Assembly (NCBI GenBank): GCA_964242115.1
Contig: CAXSZX010000001.1
Span: forward strand, 634,020 to 698,019
Direction: 5' to 3'
Source: an uncultured Acetobacteraceae bacterium
Lineage (GTDB): Bacteria; Pseudomonadota; Alphaproteobacteria; Acetobacterales; Acetobacteraceae
Length of the DNA: 64,000 nucleotides
The translations under genes were made by a program, and so were the position numbers. The stretch's first letter is position 1, and each line of letters opens with the position of its first letter. Shown piece after piece: positions 60,809 through 64,000 of this stretch. The notes under the pieces were generated by a model. That model searched no databases and had not been told where the DNA came from. It saw only the letters and a program-made list of their open reading frames with translations.

Positions 60809-62275
60809 ATGTCGAAGGAGCGTGTCTTGGCAAGCTCGGAAAACCTCATCCTCAACACCGACAACTACAAACACTGCCACTACGCGCTGTATCCCGAGGG
60901 CACGGAGTTCGTCTCGAGCTACGTCGAGTCGCGCGGCGGGCTCTACCCGGTGACGATGTTCGTGGGCTTGCAGGCGTTCCTGAGGGAGTACCTCATGAAT
61001 CCGATCACGCTTGAGCAGATCGACGAGGCGGAGTTCCACTGCCGCGAGATCGGCATGCCGTTCCGCAAGGAGAACTGGCTCGGCGTGCTCAACGACCACG
61101 GCGGCTACCTGCCGGTGGAGATCGAGGCGGTGGCCGAAGGCACCGTGCTGCCGCCGCGCAACGTGCTGGTGCAGGTGATCAACACGGATCCAAGATACTA
61201 CTGGGTCACCAGCTTCTTCGAAACGGCGCTGCTGCGCGCAGTCTGGTACCCCACCACCATCGGCACGATCAGCTGGATGGCCAAGGCGGTGATCAAGCAC
61301 GCGCTGGACCAGACGTCGGACAACCCGGGCATCCTGCGTCACATGCTGCATGATTACGGTGCGCGCGGCGTGAGCTCGCGCGAGTCGGCCGCCCTCGGCG
61401 GCCTCGCCCACCTCGTCAACTTCAACCAGAGCGACACTGTGCCGGGTGTCACCGCGTCCAAGCGTTACTACAACCACGTCGCACCGGCGTTGTCCGGCCC
61501 GAACTCCGAGCACGCCTCCTTCACCGCCTGGGGCGTGAACGGCGAGGCGGCTGCGATGCGCAACATGATCGAGCGTTACCGCAGCTACGGAGTCGTCATC
61601 CTGCTGACTGATTCCTACGACCACGAGAACGCGGTGAAGAACATCATCGGCGGCGAGCTGAAGGAGCTGATCCAGGCAGGTCCTGGCCTCATCGGCGTGC
61701 GGCCGGATTCGGGTGATCCCGTGCAGGTGACGGCGGACACCACCGGGTGGCTGATGGAGAGCTTCGGCTACACCGTCAACAAGAAGGGCTACAAGATATT
61801 GCCGGATTACGTACGCGTGGTGCAGGGCGACGGCATCACGCTGGAGAGCCTGCGCGACATCTACGTCGAGATGACCCGCCGCGGTTTTGCTGCCGACAAC
61901 GCGGTGTTCGGCATGGGCGGCGGGCTGCTGCAACACTGCAACCGCGACACGATGAACTTCGCGCAGAAGACCAGCGCTGTGAAGATAAAGGGGACCTGGG
62001 TGGACGTGTTCAAGCAGCCGTCCGGCGCCGCCTTCAAGGCGTCCAAGCGCGGCCGGCTCGGCCTGACGTTCGTCGATGGCGAGTACCGCACCGTCGCGCG
62101 CGATACGATCGCGTTGGGGGAGAACCTGCTGCAGCCGGTGTTCCGCAACGGCAAGCTGCTGAAGATGTGGAACTTCGCCGACCTGATCGAGCGCAGCGAG
62201 CGGCCGGTGCCTGACGCCTACACCGCTTCCTTCCTGGCGCCGATGGTGGCGGCAAAGGCTGCCGCCGCCGAGTAG
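60809..62275 (+). CDS. nadV: Nicotinamide phosphoribosyltransferase (NAMPT)
   Basis: LNTDNYKHCHYALYP N-terminus and ~490 aa. Confidence 0.75.
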   Translation: MSKERVLASSENLILNTDNYKHCHYALYPEGTEFVSSYVESRGGLYPVTMFVGLQAFLREYLMNPITLEQIDEAEFHCREIGMPFRKENWLGVLNDHGGYLPVEIEAVAEGTVLPPRNVLVQVINTDPRYYWVTSFFETALLRAVWYPTTIGTISWMAKAVIKHALDQTSDNPGILRHMLHDYGARGVSSRESAALGGLAHLVNFNQSDTVPGVTASKRYYNHVAPALSGPNSEHASFTAWGVNGEAAAMRNMIERYRSYGVVILLTDSYDHENAVKNIIGGELKELIQAGPGLIGVRPDSGDPVQVTADTTGWLMESFGYTVNKKGYKILPDYVRVVQGDGITLESLRDIYVEMTRRGFAADNAVFGMGGGLLQHCNRDTMNFAQKTSAVKIKGTWVDVFKQPSGAAFKASKRGRLGLTFVDGEYRTVARDTIALGENLLQPVFRNGKLLKMWNFADLIERSERPVPDAYTASFLAPMVAAKAAAAE

Positions 62276-62324
62276 TCGGAGCCTACCGCCGCCTGGATGG
62301 CGCCGCGCCAAAACACAAAAGAGG

Positions 62325-62801
62325 GTGCTGATGAAAGACTACGATCCGCAGGCGACAAACGCCCGGCGCTACCCGCGCGTGATCACCATGACGCAGATCG
62401 CCGCTCTGCCGCGGCTGCCGTTCAACACCGGCATCGGCACGTCGATCTTCCTCTCGCAGGAGCGTGACGACGCGCGCCACTTCCGCCAGGGCGTCTGCGT
62501 GCAGGAACCCGACCACCTGCCGTACAACTGGAAGCAGGCGGATTTCGACGAGACGCATTACTGCCTGAAGGGCAAGATCCGGTTGCACGTGAAAGACGCC
62601 GCCGGACGCGGGATCGTCCTCGAGGCCGGGCCGGGCGAGCACATCTACCTGCCGGGCGGCTACGAGTACACGCTGGAGGCGAGCGGCGTGGCCACCGAGT
62701 TCTTTTGGACCAGTGGCCCATCGCCGCGCTTCGGCTTGGCCGAACTGCCCGAGTTCAGCGCCGCGCTCACCAAATCGAGGGGAGACGACGCGCATGGCTG
62801 A
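62325..62801 (+). CDS. Cupin domain protein
   Basis: 158 aa with GEHIYLPGGYEY. Confidence 0.5.
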   Translation: MLMKDYDPQATNARRYPRVITMTQIAALPRLPFNTGIGTSIFLSQERDDARHFRQGVCVQEPDHLPYNWKQADFDETHYCLKGKIRLHVKDAAGRGIVLEAGPGEHIYLPGGYEYTLEASGVATEFFWTSGPSPRFGLAELPEFSAALTKSRGDDAHG

Positions 62802-63333
62802 CGCTGACACGATCGGCAGCCGGATGGACCCGATCCACGGCATGAAGGGCGCCAAGCGCTGGGCCTACATCACCCGGCAGAAGACCATCCGCGTCGCCAC
62901 CGTCAACGAAGATGGCAGCCTCTATTTGTCACCTTTGTGGTTCGTGGTGCACGACAAGCGCATTTTCCTGCCGCTGGACGCCGGCAGCAGGCACGCCACC
63001 AACAGCCAGGCCGGCCGAGCGCTGGCAGCGGTGATCGACAGCGGCGACGAGTACGCCACGGTGCACGGCATTCGCTTCACCGGCGCGCTGAAGCCGGTGG
63101 AGGATGCGGCCTTTTTCGACCAGGCGATGGCGATGATCTTCGAGAAGTACTTCTACGACGGACACCCGTATGCCGAGAGCTACTTCCAATTTGGAGCGGC
63201 TGCCGGCCGCCGAGTCGTCGAGCTGGTCACCCAGAAGGCGGTCGGCTGGGACATGCGCGAGACGTCGCTGCCGACCGTGCCGGAAGCGCGCGTTCTGCCC
63301 GACTTCGTCACCGACCGGCTGCTCGGCGGCTGA
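62795..63333 (+). CDS. Pyridoxamine 5-prime-phosphate oxidase-like (FMN-binding split barrel) protein
   Basis: 179 aa. ATGGCTGA start/stop overlap with the cupin gene. Confidence 0.6.
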
Positions 63334-63375
63334 TCTCAAACAAACCGCGGCACGGCAACTGCCATCGGGGAAGAC

Positions 63376-64000
63376 ATGACTGGCGAACGACTATTGTTTG
63401 TGGGTGAATCCTGGGTGAAGCACACGACCCACATCAAGGGGTTCGACCAGTTCACCTCCGTCGAGTACGAGGAGGGAGCGTCGGTCTTCCTCGGTTGCCT
63501 CGACGAAGGCGGTTTTGCCACCGACTACGTGCGCGCCCACGAGGTCTCCGCGCGGTTCCCAAGCACGCAGGCGGATCTTGCCGCCTACGACGCCGTCATC
63601 CTCAGCGACATTGGGTCGAACTCCTTCCTGCTCACCGACGAGACGTTCCTGCGTTCGGCAGTCGGCGCCAACCGGCTGCAACTGCTGGCCGACTTCGTGC
63701 GAAGCGGTGGCGGGCTGGTGATGGTCGGCGGCTACATGTCGTTCACCGGCATCGACGGCCGCGCGCGCTACGCGATGAGCCCGATTGCAGACGTCCTGCC
63801 GGTCGAGCTGCTGCCCTACGACGACCGGATCGAGGCGCCGCAGGGGCTGGCACCCGAGCTTTGCGCGCCGGGCCACGCGGCCATCGGCGAGACGCCTTCC
63901 GGCTGGCCGATCCTGCTCGGCTACAACCGCACCATCGCCAAGCCGGACAGCACCGTCATCGCGACGGTGGGCGGCGACCCGCTGCTGGTGGTGGGCGAGC
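63376..64000 (+). CDS. Class I glutamine amidotransferase-like (ThuA-like) protein, 3-prime truncated by the window end
   Basis: Open frame from ATG 63376 to the window end (MTGERLLFVGESWVKH...). Not in the ORF track because it has no stop within the window. Confidence 0.5.
   Translation, partial: MTGERLLFVGESWVKHTTHIKGFDQFTSVEYEEGASVFLGCLDEGGFATDYVRAHEVSARFPSTQADLAAYDAVILSDIGSNSFLLTDETFLRSAVGANRLQLLADFVRSGGGLVMVGGYMSFTGIDGRARYAMSPIADVLPVELLPYDDRIEAPQGLAPELCAPGHAAIGETPSGWPILLGYNRTIAKPDSTVIATVGGDPLLVVGE

Noticed and set aside
60797-62311. 504-aa minus ORF antisense to nadV
   Set aside because: Same artefact class (the plus strand encodes NAMPT).

Overview
This is a GC-rich (~68%) chromosomal segment with about 50 protein genes on both strands. 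It looks alphaproteobacterial, probably Acetobacteraceae-like, but that is inference from three things. dnaX carries the alpha-type N-terminus ([17 protein letters not shown] ... [19 protein letters not shown]). thrB and rnhA are adjacent. A three-subunit aldehyde dehydrogenase (2Fe-2S, molybdopterin and triheme cytochrome c subunits) is present.

Gene content from start to end:
- 1-3.7 kb: the 3-prime end of an exopolysaccharide locus (Wzc/ExoP-type tyrosine kinase, GT4 glycosyltransferase, ExeA-like ATPase).
- 4.9-9.2 kb: a tight minus-strand operon of two cysteine desulfurase paralogs, a 2Fe-2S ferredoxin and an AMP-forming acyl-CoA ligase.
- 9.4-20.5 kb: hydrolases, an M13 peptidase, glycoside hydrolases, and housekeeping genes ltaE and dapB.
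- 20.6-24.3 kb: an SRP RNA (ffs) directly upstream of dnaX-ybaB-recR.
- 25.3-41.3 kb: pyrF, a methyltransferase plus RgpF-like polysaccharide genes, a secreted serine protease with an RTX-like C-terminus, a flotillin-like protein, an M19 dipeptidase, an OYE reductase, uppP, thrB and rnhA.
- 41.7-45.6 kb: the aldehyde dehydrogenase operon.
- 48.7-53.1 kb: a 1447-aa repeat protein containing a near-identical 558-bp internal tandem duplication.
- 53.8-64.0 kb: a frameshifted discoidin-domain glycoside hydrolase, a nucleoside hydrolase, a ribokinase, a TonB-dependent receptor, nadV and three further small genes.

The outstanding feature is an AT-rich, 130-150 bp palindromic MITE/REP-like element (two hairpin arms around a CTGTCGCG core). 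It occurs at about 29 loci, roughly one per 2 kb, and almost always sits directly downstream of a stop codon. The hairpin stems show coordinated, structure-preserving base changes across copies. I did not recognise it as a known element family.

A second conserved ~95-bp element occurs twice, once immediately upstream of ffs. Two genes carry frameshifts (a DUF4142 gene with an A4 run where A3 is expected, and the discoidin glycoside hydrolase with a 5-bp direct duplication), and one permease lacks a canonical start next to a repeat copy.

Many long ORFs in the six-frame track are antisense GC-frame artefacts and were rejected.
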